Shown here: positions 13,421 through 26,300 of the stretch, piece by piece | How positions within the stretch are numbered: position 1 is the stretch's first letter | Layout: the number at the start of each line of letters is the position of its first letter | From: Gordius albopunctatus | Taxonomy: Eukaryota | Direction: 5' to 3' | DNA: 64,000 nt | Assembly: GCA_964276515.1 (NCBI GenBank) | Contig: OZ193909.1 | Location: 14,198,001 to 14,262,000 of the forward strand | Made by a program: the position numbers and the translations under genes | The notes under the pieces: model-generated | What the model was told of the DNA's origin: nothing | The model's input: only the letters and a program-made list of their open reading frames with translations | Database searches by the model: none

Positions 13421-13588
13421 CATGGGCATAGCCAAAGGGGGGGGGGGGCAGGGAGGCGGCTGCCCCCCTCTAAATCCAATAATTTGTTAAAATTTATTAA
13501 AATATGGGTAACATTTCAAAAATGTTCATTTTGCCCCTTCCTAAATCCTTATTGCCCCCCTCTAATTCCAATGCTGGCTACACTCATG
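13421..13588. mobile_element. hAT-type MITE (CATGGGCGTAGCCAG family)
   Basis: CATGGGCATAGCCA...CTGGCTACACTCATG; TSD TATATACC/TAAATACC (7/8). Confidence 0.88.
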
Positions 13589-14601
13589 TAAATACCATCA
13601 TTCCATGGATCCGGGCCAGAATTGAAGATACACATTATATAGAATTGAAAATCTCGATTGCAAGCTTTTATTAAAGGTAAGACAATTGGCGGTGATGCAC
13701 TTAAATATTTGTTCATGGAATTGACTAACTTTAGATGCCGAATAGCCATAACTAAAATTAAATTTGCAAAAATAAATAACGGAGGAAATTAATTATGCGG
13801 AGCTATTAGATTTAGCGAAGACATTGATGCCTGTGAATTCCCATCATAAATTTGGTTGGAATCCAGGGGAAATGGTATATACACAAGCGAACTAAGAGGC
13901 CATTCAAAAAATAATATTTCATCATTCTCAAAGAACCGAACTGAATGTTAATTTAAAATATAGATGGCTCCATCGTAAAGTAAGTTTTGCATAACTGAAA
14001 AGATATTGCACAATTTTTGAAAGTCCACATAATAATTTTTAAAAGATTATATCAACATCGTAAGTGTGCAAGGGGACTTGCCCATATCCCAATCCATTCC
14101 CACATCCGAACATAAACCAGGCTGAGGAAATCCTGAAGTATGCCTGCTTGATTGCAAAAATTACTTACTTTAAAATAATGTTATAGATTTAAATGACATA
14201 CTTGATGGGCTAGTCACAATTTTAGCCCATCGTAACTATTTAAAAGGAAACAGTTTTCGAAGAAAATGGAATTTGACTTTCTTTGGTTTCTTTGTGGGTT
14301 TAACCGGGTTTGGGGTAACACCAGATTTGTGTTCCCCTTGTGAGGTTTTTGGTTCAGGACTTGAACCATTCACCAAAATATTTGTGAGGTATGGGCATGG
14401 ACTAGTCCGAGGATCCTCATTTTCCAGATGTCCCAGAGCTTCTATATCAGGGATCCTCGTCCTACTTCATAACATGGCATGGAGGAGGCAAAATAAATTC
14501 TTAATATTAAGCAGGAATATTATCGTAGTCGAATTGGTATTGAATATAGGGAGATATATCCCAAACTCTGGGGTTCAATAGCATTCATCCCTTATGGGAA
14601 C

Positions 14602-15316
14602 CAGAGGTCAGATTTGTAGGGAATTTTATGCCCGAACCCGGCCCGGTTCAATTTTAGAACCTCATTGCCCACCCGAGCCCTTATAGGTGTCCTCCCGGGC
14701 CCGCCCGAAATATTAGAGCTGTCCGAAATGCCCACCGGAAATATTGAACCTGCCTGTTAGGCTCGAAATTTTGCGCTCAAATTCTTTCAACCACTATTAA
14801 AAAAATTAGCATTAAATTAATAGCCTATTGAATGAAATATTTTATTATCCCAGACAAAATCTAATTTTCTATATTATTTAAAATTCGAAAGATTTTTCCA
14901 AATGAAACTTTTGAGCTTAAATTTTAATCCTAATAGGTCAAAAAAACCTATCAATTGTGTCAATTTGGGCATGACGGTTTTGTATTAAGTATAGACGGCA
15001 CATGTGAATTCGGAACAATGGAAGGGCTACATTAATTTAAATATTTCAATCCTTTTCATGAACGTAGCTAGGGATAGGGACTCGATGGAAATAGAGTGTT
15101 TCGGGCAAACATTATAGAAATAATTTAAGGACGGATGGCGAAATCAAGTTTCGCTTTTAGCATTTTCATATAATAAAAAAGTAACAAAATAATACATTAT
15201 CTAAAAATTTCATTAAGCCCTAATCGCCCGAATCCTAACATCGTGGTCGCCCGGGCCCGCCCAAATATAAAAATAGGACAGTTGCCCGACCCGGGGGCCG
15301 GGCAATCTGGTTTCTG
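14602..15316. mobile_element. Non-autonomous hAT element with GCCCG subterminal repeats
   Basis: Imperfect TIR CAGAGGTCAGATT / AATCTGGTTTCTG, perfect 8-bp TSD ATGGGAAC, and clustered GCCCG motifs at both ends. Confidence 0.88.
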
Positions 15317-15760
15317 ATGGGAACCATATGTAATGCAAGTACATCCTAAAATTAAACATCGATGGATGTACCTATCCCATACTCACCTAGCTAAAAATCG
15401 TTTTTTTAAGTTTTAATTGTATAATACTTAGTGCCGTAGCTAGGATTTTTTGCCTAAGGTGGGGGGGGGCAACATACAATTTCATATCAGTGGGGAGGAG
15501 CCAACGGTGATTTTACAAAATTTTCCATAGATATTTGTCAAACTTATGATTCACAAAATTTTTTAATGATCTTGCAACGAACTTTCAGAGAACCTTACTT
15601 AACAAATGCCCGACCCGTGTCCCCTAGGTCATATTAAAACCTGTCCCATAAGTTAAATTTTAAGAGTGAAAGCCGGGCCCGTGGGTTAATTTTTAGGCCA
15701 GAGCGTGTCGGTCTCTAAGCGTAATTATCCGCAATAAAATTAAATTTTATTTATAAAGAA

Positions 15761-16097
15761 TAGAGCTGCTTTTTTCTGAACTTGAACTGGACTAGTTATC
15801 TTTCCAAAAATTGAACTATAAACTTTAAATAGCGTTTTTTTAAAGTTGAATTATGAACTTGAACTAGTTCCTTTTTAAATACTCTGAACTTGAACTTTAC
15901 GATATAAATGAACTGGTTCATCACAAAAATTATTATTTAAAATGATTTTATAAACCGAGTTTGATTGTTTTTAGTATTTTGATTTCGTCTCGGTCTCGAA
16001 TGCAAAATCTCGTCCCGTCTCGGGTGCGATTATGAGAATTTGGTCTTGGGCTAAAAATCTTGGTCTCATCTCGACGAGATTTCTCGACTTGTCTCGA
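15761..16097. repeat. Transposon subterminal-type short repeat clusters (TGAACT, then GTCTCG)
   Basis: Repeated TGAACT motifs at 15777-15915 and GTCTCG motifs at 15985-16097, probably MITE remnants. Confidence 0.5.
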
Positions 16098-16395
16098 TTT
16101 TTAAAAAAATATTATACTAAATAGAAATATTTGATGTTATAAAATTATTAAATAAGTGATAAAAAATCGAAAATGGCATTACTATTTTTTTCCAAAAACT
16201 TTAATACACAAACCTGATAAAGCTTTAGTGCGACATTTCATTGACAATATTAAGATCTGAACCAATTATTAAATCAACATAGGTGCAATATGAAAATAAT
16301 AGAATATAAATTTTTTTAGTTTTTGGCGAATTATAACATTTATATCAAATTCACTGTGTAAAATATAAATTTATAAGTTTACCTATATTTCTCTT

Positions 16396-16504
16396 CATGG
16401 GCTCTCCCTCCCCCTTTTAAATGCATACAGCCATAAAAATTAGGAAATCTTATGTCAAACGGCTCGCCCCCCCACCCCCAATCCAAAACATGGCTACGCC
16501 CATG
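16396..16504. mobile_element. hAT-type MITE remnant (CATGGGCGTAGCCAG family)
   Basis: CATGGGC...TGGCTACGCCCATG termini. Confidence 0.65.
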
Positions 16505-17394
16505 ATTTAGGAAACAAATGTTTTTTGGGCTAATTGAGACGCTTTTAACATTGGGTAAAGCCTAAAGCCGACCTGGAAGCGTGAAAAAAATTTAACCGAA
16601 TTCCTCCCAAACGCCTCTCAAATTGTAGTACCCGACGCGAGAAGGAAAATTGCGCTGTGTAAAATTTAATCGACAAATTAAAGTGTTGTTTATGAAACTC
16701 ATATCTAAATGATTTATCATAGTGATGTATGAACCATTTGATAAATTTTTTTTGTTAGTTTATAAATTTAAACATATGTAGTCTAAAATAAAAATGAACT
16801 ACCCCTTCACCCTATTTGTATATAATTAAAAAATATTAAGTGTTATAGCTAATCTAATTATATTACTGTGAAGCACAATAAGTATTTTCAATACCAATAA
16901 TGGATCACATTAATTTAAATACATAGGTTTGCAAATAAACCATACTTACTTTTATGTTGGTGTATAAAATTATATTTGTGTAGTTTAAATTAACTTCCTC
17001 TTCAATACAATTTAAAAATATATTTCAGAAAAAATATTGAAGATATAATTACATATTTTCTCACATTTATTGAAGTATATGTAATTAAATTCCTTTATTT
17101 ATAATACGCTGATTAAAGATTGCTGCTAATAAATGAATATCAATATATAAATGTTTTATCGTAAAACTATTGTCCCAAAAAGGGTACAAAATAATATGAT
17201 ATTAATATATTTTAAATAAAAAATGTTCATTAAAAACAGGTTACACGAAAGCTAGGCTAGAGCACAAAAAACGTAGAAAAAATGATACAATATAAAGCAG
17301 AAATATAAAAAAGAGGTAATAAAATGTGGGGGAAAGTCGAGATTTCATAAATAATTGGCACTATCAAAAGCATTTTGTTTGGTGTGTGTGACTT

Positions 17395-20300
17395 TCATTC
17401 TTCCTCTCCCATCGCGTATTTTACGTAATTCAAAGTGACCCGGTTATTTATGAAGGGATTGAGTTTGGAAGAAAGGGTTTGGTAATTGGCTTCAATCTGT
17501 TTTTGATATTCCCGCTGTTCTACGTGGCACAATCCTTTATTCCTAATCAACGCGTCTCTGCATCTATCCCAACAAAACAAACATTTACACATAGTAGTGT
17601 TGTAAAAAGGGCTGGAAACCTGCTAACCTTTGGTCTGCTTAGCCGACTGAAAGCAAAGATCGACCAAACAAAACCCCCAGCAGTTTTTACAACACTAACA
17701 CATAGTAATGCCACTTTTAGAAACCAAAATCATTATGAAGAACTTCTTTCCTTCAATTTTATTTAGTACGAGTTTTAGTGCTGTGGAAATTACTTTAGAT
17801 AGCGATATACAGAGTAGTTCACAACATTTCTTTGCTTCAAATATAATAATACATTTACACAGACTACAACACAGTGATGAATTTAATTTTTGAATCATTC
17901 CAATGCAACCATATTTTAACATCGCTCTTTTTTTATGATATTACTGTTAAAAATTAATGGCTAACAAGTCAAGTCCATTTTATTATGCCCTGTTAACGAC
18001 TAAAAAAAGTAGAGAAACTAATTTATGGTAAGCTAAAGAAGCGTTTTACCATAATTTGATATAAAAGTTAAATTTTAATTAGACTCTTTATTTAGGCCCG
18101 TGTTCAAGATTTTTAACTCAAAAAGTATTACAAGAATGTAAAGGGCATACTAAAACTAAGCGCAAAGATTGTTTGTTAATGCAAATTATATATCAAAAAA
18201 CTTTTAAATTATGCGAAAAATTGAGCTATGCGAAAGAAAAAGAATGTATTATTATTTTGAGTTTGAAATACAAACCTCCTCATGAAATCCTTGAAGCAAA
18301 GACGAAGCTTGTTGTGGTGTATGGTGGGTCTTATTTTCCCTTCCACAACTTCTTTCAAAAAAACGTTAGCAACTTCTAGCGGACCCTGATTTACCGTAGG
18401 ACCGAGGCAACCTTGCAGCACCATAGCTAAAATTTTGAGGTCGGGCGGCTCTTGACACGTCGCTTCCAGTAATTCTTTCGTTTTCTTTTGCAAATCTTCC
18501 ACCGCAACTTCAATCGGGTTCAGCACGAACTGAAAAACAATAGAATATCTCATTTTTCTTTCAATACGGTCACCTTAATAACGTGATAAAGGACAAAAAA
18601 TCTTTTTTAGAGTTTAGAAGGAAGATTTTTGTTGAGAAATGAAAACGTGTAAAACGCTATATCTTCGATTATATTTCAACCGTTTAAGTTTTACTCATTG
18701 TATTTATTCCCAATTTAAGAACATTCTCATAGGATCCAAAGTTCCGATTGGAAATTGTAATTATTGCAAAAAACAGGATTTTTTAAAGGGCTAAAATTTG
18801 AAAATGAGCAAAGTATTGATAAATTAGATTAATCATTGACGCTGATTTAAGAAATATACACTTGTTCCATCAATCGTAAAAAGATCAAATTTTTTAAAAT
18901 ACCTTAATAATGATATAGAAGTTAAGTGCAGGAGATAAAATTAGACAAAAATTGCGAGATGGATCAACACCCATTTCGGCTGAGGCCATGCTATTGCTAA
19001 CCTGTTCTCGGTCTATAACTTTGACGCGCGTTTTAAGGTAGGGAAAGGAGTTTTCGGTGGTCAATATCGTTTTGCGCTTGCATTGTTCTTGCAAAAGGCC
19101 GTGGGAGCGACCGTCTCTTGTGAACGGGGTCGCATACATGAAACGTCCTATGCAAGTTAAATTAATTTAAAAATCAATATTTTCATTTTAGGAAGGCTTA
19201 TATTATACCTAAAAAATTTTATCAATGAAAGTAATGCAATTTAGGCACGCACTTAGCTGTATAGCCCTCATAAACTCAAAAACACGTTGAATTTTGCAGG
19301 CAGCGTTGCCAAAAATATATTAATAAGCATTTATTATTTTATTCAAATTTAATTGTTAAGCATTTGCTATTTATAATTAGGGGAGACCGGGAACTAAATG
19401 GCCATAAAAAACTGAATCACATTTAAAAAAAACTAATAAAGTGTTTTATAATTTTTAAATTGGAATACATTTTTATAGTCTATTTCTACTATAAGGAGAA
19501 AAAAAATTGAGAGAAAAGTGCTTATAGTTTTTTCATAAATTGAGTTTAAAAATAGTTATAGCTCTGTTCAGGGGATAGATTAACCATGAAGTTTTCACTT
19601 GTTAATAGTGTATGCCAACTCAAATCAATAAAAAGATTGTTCCATTATAAAAAACATAGAAATTGCAAATGTAATATGATTATATTTTATTTAATACAAA
19701 TAAATATGGGTCAAGATGACAATCTAACTTAATTACACTTAAAAGACAGATTCTGCAATGGAAAAACTTTTAGGCGTTTTTTAAACTATAATCATAGTCT
19801 ATGTCGATTCTATTGTAAATTACACTAAGTTAGATCACAAACAAAGTTTTTGTTTTTTAAATCATGTCATTGGTAAGACCCAACAAAAAATGGCTAGAAC
19901 TAGCCCCTCTCCGACTAGCCCCAACCCCTGTTTTTATAAACAAATAAGAATTTAACATGTTATATTGTGAATAAAAATTTAATCATTAGACGATTTTTAT
20001 ATAAAAAATATCACTTTATAAGATGAAATATTTGTCAAAAAATATAAAGCCAAAAAATTTTATGTGCAAAATACAAAATTTTGTCAAGGCTACTAATAGC
20101 CCCGAAAAATCGTTTTTCTTCTATAAAAATTTTAAATTTTATTTTTTTAAACAAATTTTTTTTTACTTATACCATATGGGAAAATACACATATGGTTTAA
20201 ATTTTAATTATATATCATTATTATTTTAAAAAATAATTACAAAGATAATAGTAACCCCGGGCTACGACTAGCCCGGTCTTCCATACCATTTTAATTGGCA

Positions 20301-23300
20301 TACTTTATGATGAAATACAAGCTAAAAGAATTACTAGGACATAACGCAAATTTTTAATCGTAATTCAAACGAAAGGTTAGAATAATGACTCACTGATATT
20401 GTAGTTCTTTTCGAATGGGGTCGTTTTGGAGGCTTCTTCGGCTAAGTCAAAGTATGCTTCAACGTAGGTGATTTGTATGTAAGCCTAAAAAATCGAAATT
20501 AAAATTGATCCTTAAATGAAAGCAAAATGGCGAGATACCTTATCGGGATCTAAAGCGGAAGGATCGACTTGGTTTGAATCTTTAATACTTTCAACCATAT
20601 GCTCCCCAAATTTTTCCCCGTAAAATGCCTCAGATGAAATTATTTAATTAAATGAATTAAAGTTTTACATGTAAAATATCCTAAAATAAATAAGTCTAAA
20701 ATTTAGATTAAATCAATAACACCAGACTGATTTGGTTATAATTGTCATACTAATAGGCGATTATTGATTTCGGACAATTTAGTGATGGCTGGTTCCTTGT
20801 AAATATATTCTTCCCTATCCAGATCCATAAACCTAGAGCCGTAAAATCCGACGCGAAAGTAAGTACCAAAATTGACTCTCTTCCCTTCCTATAAATCAGG
20901 CACCAAGCATATATAACCTCGATTTTTCCAACTTGTCGCGTCACGTACAAGCAAAGATGCAAAAAATCTTAAAACATGTGTTTATTAAAATATGCCTAGA
21001 ACCAAAGACTTATTGTTTTTGACTTAAAGTTATAGCTAATGATTCTTTAACAAAAATGCGAAACATCATTAACTTATAATTGCAGGACAGGCTTTACAAA
21101 ATTTTAATCTGGTATAATAAATTTCCATAGTTTAATTTCAAATATTAATAAACAAACAAGCGATGGTACAATGCTAAACACACAATAACTATTTCTTAAA
21201 GTATCTAGTCTTTGTGTGCCCTTGTCAGAAAATGTATGATTATAATTTGGAATAGCATTAGCAAGATAAACAAGCTCAAGAACCAATTTGTTTGGCTACC
21301 TGATGAATTATTTTGTTGTATATTTCGTGCAGTTTGCCGTGGATGCTGGCGAGCTTCTTGTAATCGTTGTAATGCTCGTGGATCGGCAAAATGAGTTTGT
21401 AAATTAAATTAATCGCTTCGTATTCTCCGGCCTGCTCATAAAAATCATTGCGATTAAATTTCATCATTTTTAACACACCGACGTGGTTAGGAGTTCAAAC
21501 ATTTTACGTGATAATTCTGTTTATTCGCCTTTATCGGTAAATATTATTTAAATAAAGTTAATGTTAAAAATAAAATTAGTTGGCTTCGAATCCACTAACT
21601 AATAACATAAATTTATCCAAGTTTCGCCTGGCCGTAAAAGTTTTTGATGACAAATTAAAGGCATATAATAGGTGATGCGCGTTATAATAGTTCCACACAT
21701 TAATGAACTTGTGATAAAATGGATATTTGTGATAATTTCTAATCCACGCATCTCACTTATTATATGTAAGATATACTATAAATATCATATAAAATACACA
21801 AAAAACATGACATTTTGAATCCTTCGTAGATAACGTGTTCAACATATTTTCTAAATCATGACAAGACTCTACCGTAATAAAAAGACACAGTGATATTAAA
21901 AACTATTTAAAAGATATAACATACAGGTAACCATCACGCAAAGAAAAAATCGTGATTATTTAGCAATGCAAAAAGCTTTCGCACTACACGTGCTTAAAAC
22001 ATTATTTCGTTACTACAAAAATGTTTAGTAAAAATTCTTATTTCCAATAAACAATATAAAACACAAGTAAAAACGGTACATCTTTTATTGAGAGAGTTAT
22101 ATTACGAGATCAATTCATAGAAGATAACGGTTACTAATTTATAAACATTAGCGAATCGTTATTATCCCAGCTTCGCACAATGAACACTCATAAAAACACA
22201 ATCCATAAATCGACTCTCTCAATTAAATTTATAAATTATGCTTTGACGTAGCAAATAAAAGCGGACCTACCATATTACAAGAACTTGCAGCTTGTTCCAA
22301 CAGCCCGATCAAGCCGTACTCTGAAAAATATTTGCTCCCAAACATACCCTCCTCATGCAGGGCCACTATATTATCGTCCGATATAACGCTCTCTTCGAAT
22401 ATATTTTCGGATATCGCCTAAGAAATGGCATAAAAATAGTTTGGCTAAATAAAAATAATTTCATTTTTATTTAAAAACCCAATAATATGAATATAAATTG
22501 CGTTAGTTTTGTAATAAGATTTTAGGAATTTCAGCACAGTTTAAATTTACATCTCCCGAACTAATAACACAGTATTTATTTCGGCATATATGTAAGGGGG
22601 GGGCAGGCTACGAACACGAACAAATTTAAAAAATAGCCCGAGTGCAGATAAAATTTGGTGTTTCCCGTTTTAAGACCTATAAATTTTTTAGTTGGGAATA
22701 ACTTTACACGCATCAGTACATAAACGATGAAATTTGCAACCCATATATTTTTTAAATTAAGGCGAGGGGCTAATATGGGCATAGATGTAAAAACTTGCTA
22801 AAAAAATTTTATTGTTTATAATCTGTTATTATAAGCGGCGATGCAGAATTTGAAATTTTTAAACTAAATGATTTCAAATTTTATTACGATATAAGACACG
22901 GCCCCTTTAGGGAGGTAGAGTCGGTCTTCCATCAATTGCAGATATTCCGTCACCATAGCTGCCGAATGGACGAGACATTGGGCTGCTTCTGAATGATTAC
23001 TTCGCTACATGGAATATAAATGATAACTTTACTTCATATTATAAATGTGCCCTAATTTTGGGAAAACAGCCAAAAAAAATGATATATAACTATAAAATTA
23101 GGGGAACACTTCAGAGTCTTTTCCTGTTATTCTTCAAAGAATATGGCGAATTTCAGAAGAAAACGAAAAAAAATTGTGATAATATCAGATTAAAACCGAC
23201 AGTGTTTATGTTAGTAAAATGATTAGTGGCCATTTTGAAGTAGATTGTGTTCTCAGTCTATTTTATATTCCAAAATTCGCTGTATGCTATGTGCACCTAC

Positions 23301-26300
23301 ATCTTATTTTATCTAAAGGTTACGAGAAAAATGACACTAATTTTATAATAATTATCAAAAAAAGGGTTGTGTTAAATCAATTTGGGATGCTTTAAAAAAA
23401 ATTAGGGGCGCGCTAACCAAATAAAAATATCCAAATTTTGCACGCTTAGGTGTCGCAATATACTTGACTGTGCTTGGCCGCCATGTTTTGAAGCCAGGTC
23501 AACCTTAGATCGGGTGAATTGTGGTAACCATTAGCGATTCTGTACATTAAATCAATTAACATTTCGTGGTCTTCTTGATATTCCTTCATCTTGACCGTAT
23601 CAGATAGGATCATGTTCATGTTCGATACCAACTTTTTAACCTATATTTCCAAATTTATTAATGAAAATGAGTTGTTTTTATTATAAAAATATAAATTAAC
23701 AATATTTTACACAAAAATTCGAGTCAATTTTAACGATTAAAGGTATTTAGCAAATATTAACAAACTTTAAAATACCTTAATCACTTGGTCTGAATGAAAG
23801 CAAAAGATGAAGTTTTTTGTTTACTAACCTCTATTAACTCGGGTGAAAAATGCATTATTCATTTAAATTTATTTAATTTCAATGCCCATCACACGATTAT
23901 ATTTACAAATTTATTGGTAAAAAATGCGTTATTTTTTAAAACTAAATTGTATCATGATATCCATAAGAATTACTAAAATTTAGTCAAATTTCAACGATTA
24001 CGGCTATAGAAAATACATTTTAAGATTTATTTATCGAATAGCCATCATATAGAAAACCATAAATTACATAGCAATTAATACTAAAAATCTGAAACAGAGT
24101 AAGTTTAATTTTTTTAGATGGATTTACTTGCAAGGGGAAGGTTGTGCCTTGCATGTGGGCATCCTGATCCGACAGTTTAAGTATTGTCTGCAATGAACGT
24201 TGCAAATGGATTTCGTCAAACACTTGATTTGTTCCCACCAGGGTGCTCAAAGACATAGTAACTTTCATTTTAACCAAGGCAAAATTCTGCATGCAAATCC
24301 AACAAATAAGACGTTGTTGATTGAAACGCCACAATTCACATATCTCGTATAAAATCAGACGTACAAAAAACAGTTGGTCTAACTATCAGGCAGCAGAAAA
24401 ACAAGAGAGCTCCATGAGCATAGCCAAGGAGGGCAGGGAGGGGCGGCTGCCCCACCCCCCGCTAAATTCAAAAATTTGTTAAAATTATGGCGAAAATTAC
24501 AAAAAATGATTTTGCCCCTCCCTAAATTATTATTTCCCACCTCTAATTCTAATGCTGGTTACGAAAGCCACAATCACTCTATTACAAGTCCGATGTCTTC
24601 AAAAATAAAAGAGTCACCGAGTATTAATTTCGGTTTTCTTGTTAATGTATGTATAAATTACATATTTTATGGAGATTAATGAAATGAATAAGTTTTGTTT
24701 TAAATCCAGCGATATTGTTGTTCGCTCTAAAGTACATACATAAACTTTAAATGCCATTATGAATTATTTCAATTCGATGATAAGTGAAAATGATATATAT
24801 AATATTTGTGCAAATTGAAATTAAACATACGTTGCCCTGTTCAAAATTGCGACACATGAGGTGGTAGAGAGACGCGCTGGCCTGAGCTCTTACGGTGGAT
24901 ATGGTGGAGCAGGCGTGTTGCAACAACTTCTTACATATATCCGCACACATTTCGGTCTCTTCCTCGAAAAACAAGTCTGGAAACTGAATTACATAATTCA
25001 AACAAAATCAGCAATATACACAAGTTTCAATGCATTAAAAACTAGTTTGTTACCCTTGCGTTCAGGATGGAAGAAACTCATCAAAACAAAGGGACCTAAT
25101 AGGCGTTAAAGAAGAAGAAGACACATGAAATTAAAAACATTTTTAAACGTTAAGGATTATGTAACAATCATGCAAATCCACATTCTTGCCTAAAGTTAAA
25201 ATTAAAACCTAAAATTTAGCAATTAAGAATGAAAAAATATCGTTAACAATTATTTTACCCCCATTTATTAAAAATAATGCAAAATGATATTGATAAATTA
25301 CTTATTATAACACTGAAGGCACTTAAATAACATTTATTTTTTTGTTGTATACTTTGCTAACTATGGACCTTTGGGTGGCGAATAAATTTTCCAGCACCTG
25401 AACACTCTGATTACAAGAAAACAGGTTGAGCAGAATTCTCATAACACCGATCACCAGGGGTTTGTACATGATATCGTCGCTAATGATAAACTAAAACAAC
25501 AATTAACAAATATCTATAAAAAAGAATTATATCACATTATTGTAATAAATACGTATTTTTAGGTAAATATTTTAAAAATTCCATTTTAAAAGCCTTTTTC
25601 GATTAGACTTTTCAGTAATTCGCACTTAATTTCTCAATTTGCAAAATGTGCCTTCTAATTTTGCGACAATTTTTATATAAAAACTGCTACTAATCTGAAG
25701 ATCGCGATTGCATCGTAAAAACGTTTTCAATTTTACAGATAGTGTAAGCCATTTATAATTAATACATTAAAAAACACAGGGTTTGACCAAATTTTGAAGA
25801 AAAAATTCTCAAAGTGATTTTCTACATTGGAATTAAATCAAAGAACCTGAACAAAAAGTTCCAAGATATCCAGTGCAACGAGTGATGTTTCAGCGCACAG
25901 GGACCGCTCCAAAGCAAGTTTTTGCCCAACGTCGAGCGATTTGTAAGGCGCCCCGCCGCTAGTCCATTGATTGGTGTGACTGCTAGATATACTTGTAGCG
26001 CTACTTTCGTAGTTTAAAGAAGATCTCCAAAAATCTTTTTTCCACCTCAGTTTGCCGCCGCCTCCACCGTCCCCGCCCTAATAATAGGCATAAATATTTA
26101 TGCCTAATCTTGCGTGGCAGCTAAATTTTCCGAATACGTTTATAATAATATTCTAAAACATTTGCTAAAAACACCTAGGAGTATTTGAAAGTATAATTCA
26201 TAAATAAATAACAAAAATAAACACATTTCATTTACATTTTTCATCTAATTTTTTAATAAATTATGATAAAAATACATGCCAAAAATCATTGAATTATTGA

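Larger units (their letters stand above)
13300..15390 (-). pseudogene. Possible decayed gene of unknown family, interrupted by two MITEs
   Basis: GC-richer exon-like segments. The frame ..GPDPWNDG continues as IYTGEVLSIYLKY.. once the MITE at 13421-13588 is removed. A second segment (RIPDIEALGHLENEDP..) carries stops and is cut by the 14602-15316 element. Confidence 0.35.

Noticed and set aside
14273..14581. 102-aa plus-strand ORF
   Set aside because: Non-ATG start; it looks like the antisense shadow of minus-strand coding-like sequence.
15761..16097. Short recurring motifs as a CRISPR-like array
   Set aside because: Hexamer motifs with irregular spacing in a eukaryotic TE context, and no cas genes.
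21575..21600. B-box-like GGCTTCGAATCC
   Set aside because: No cloverleaf or A-box could be built; not a tRNA.
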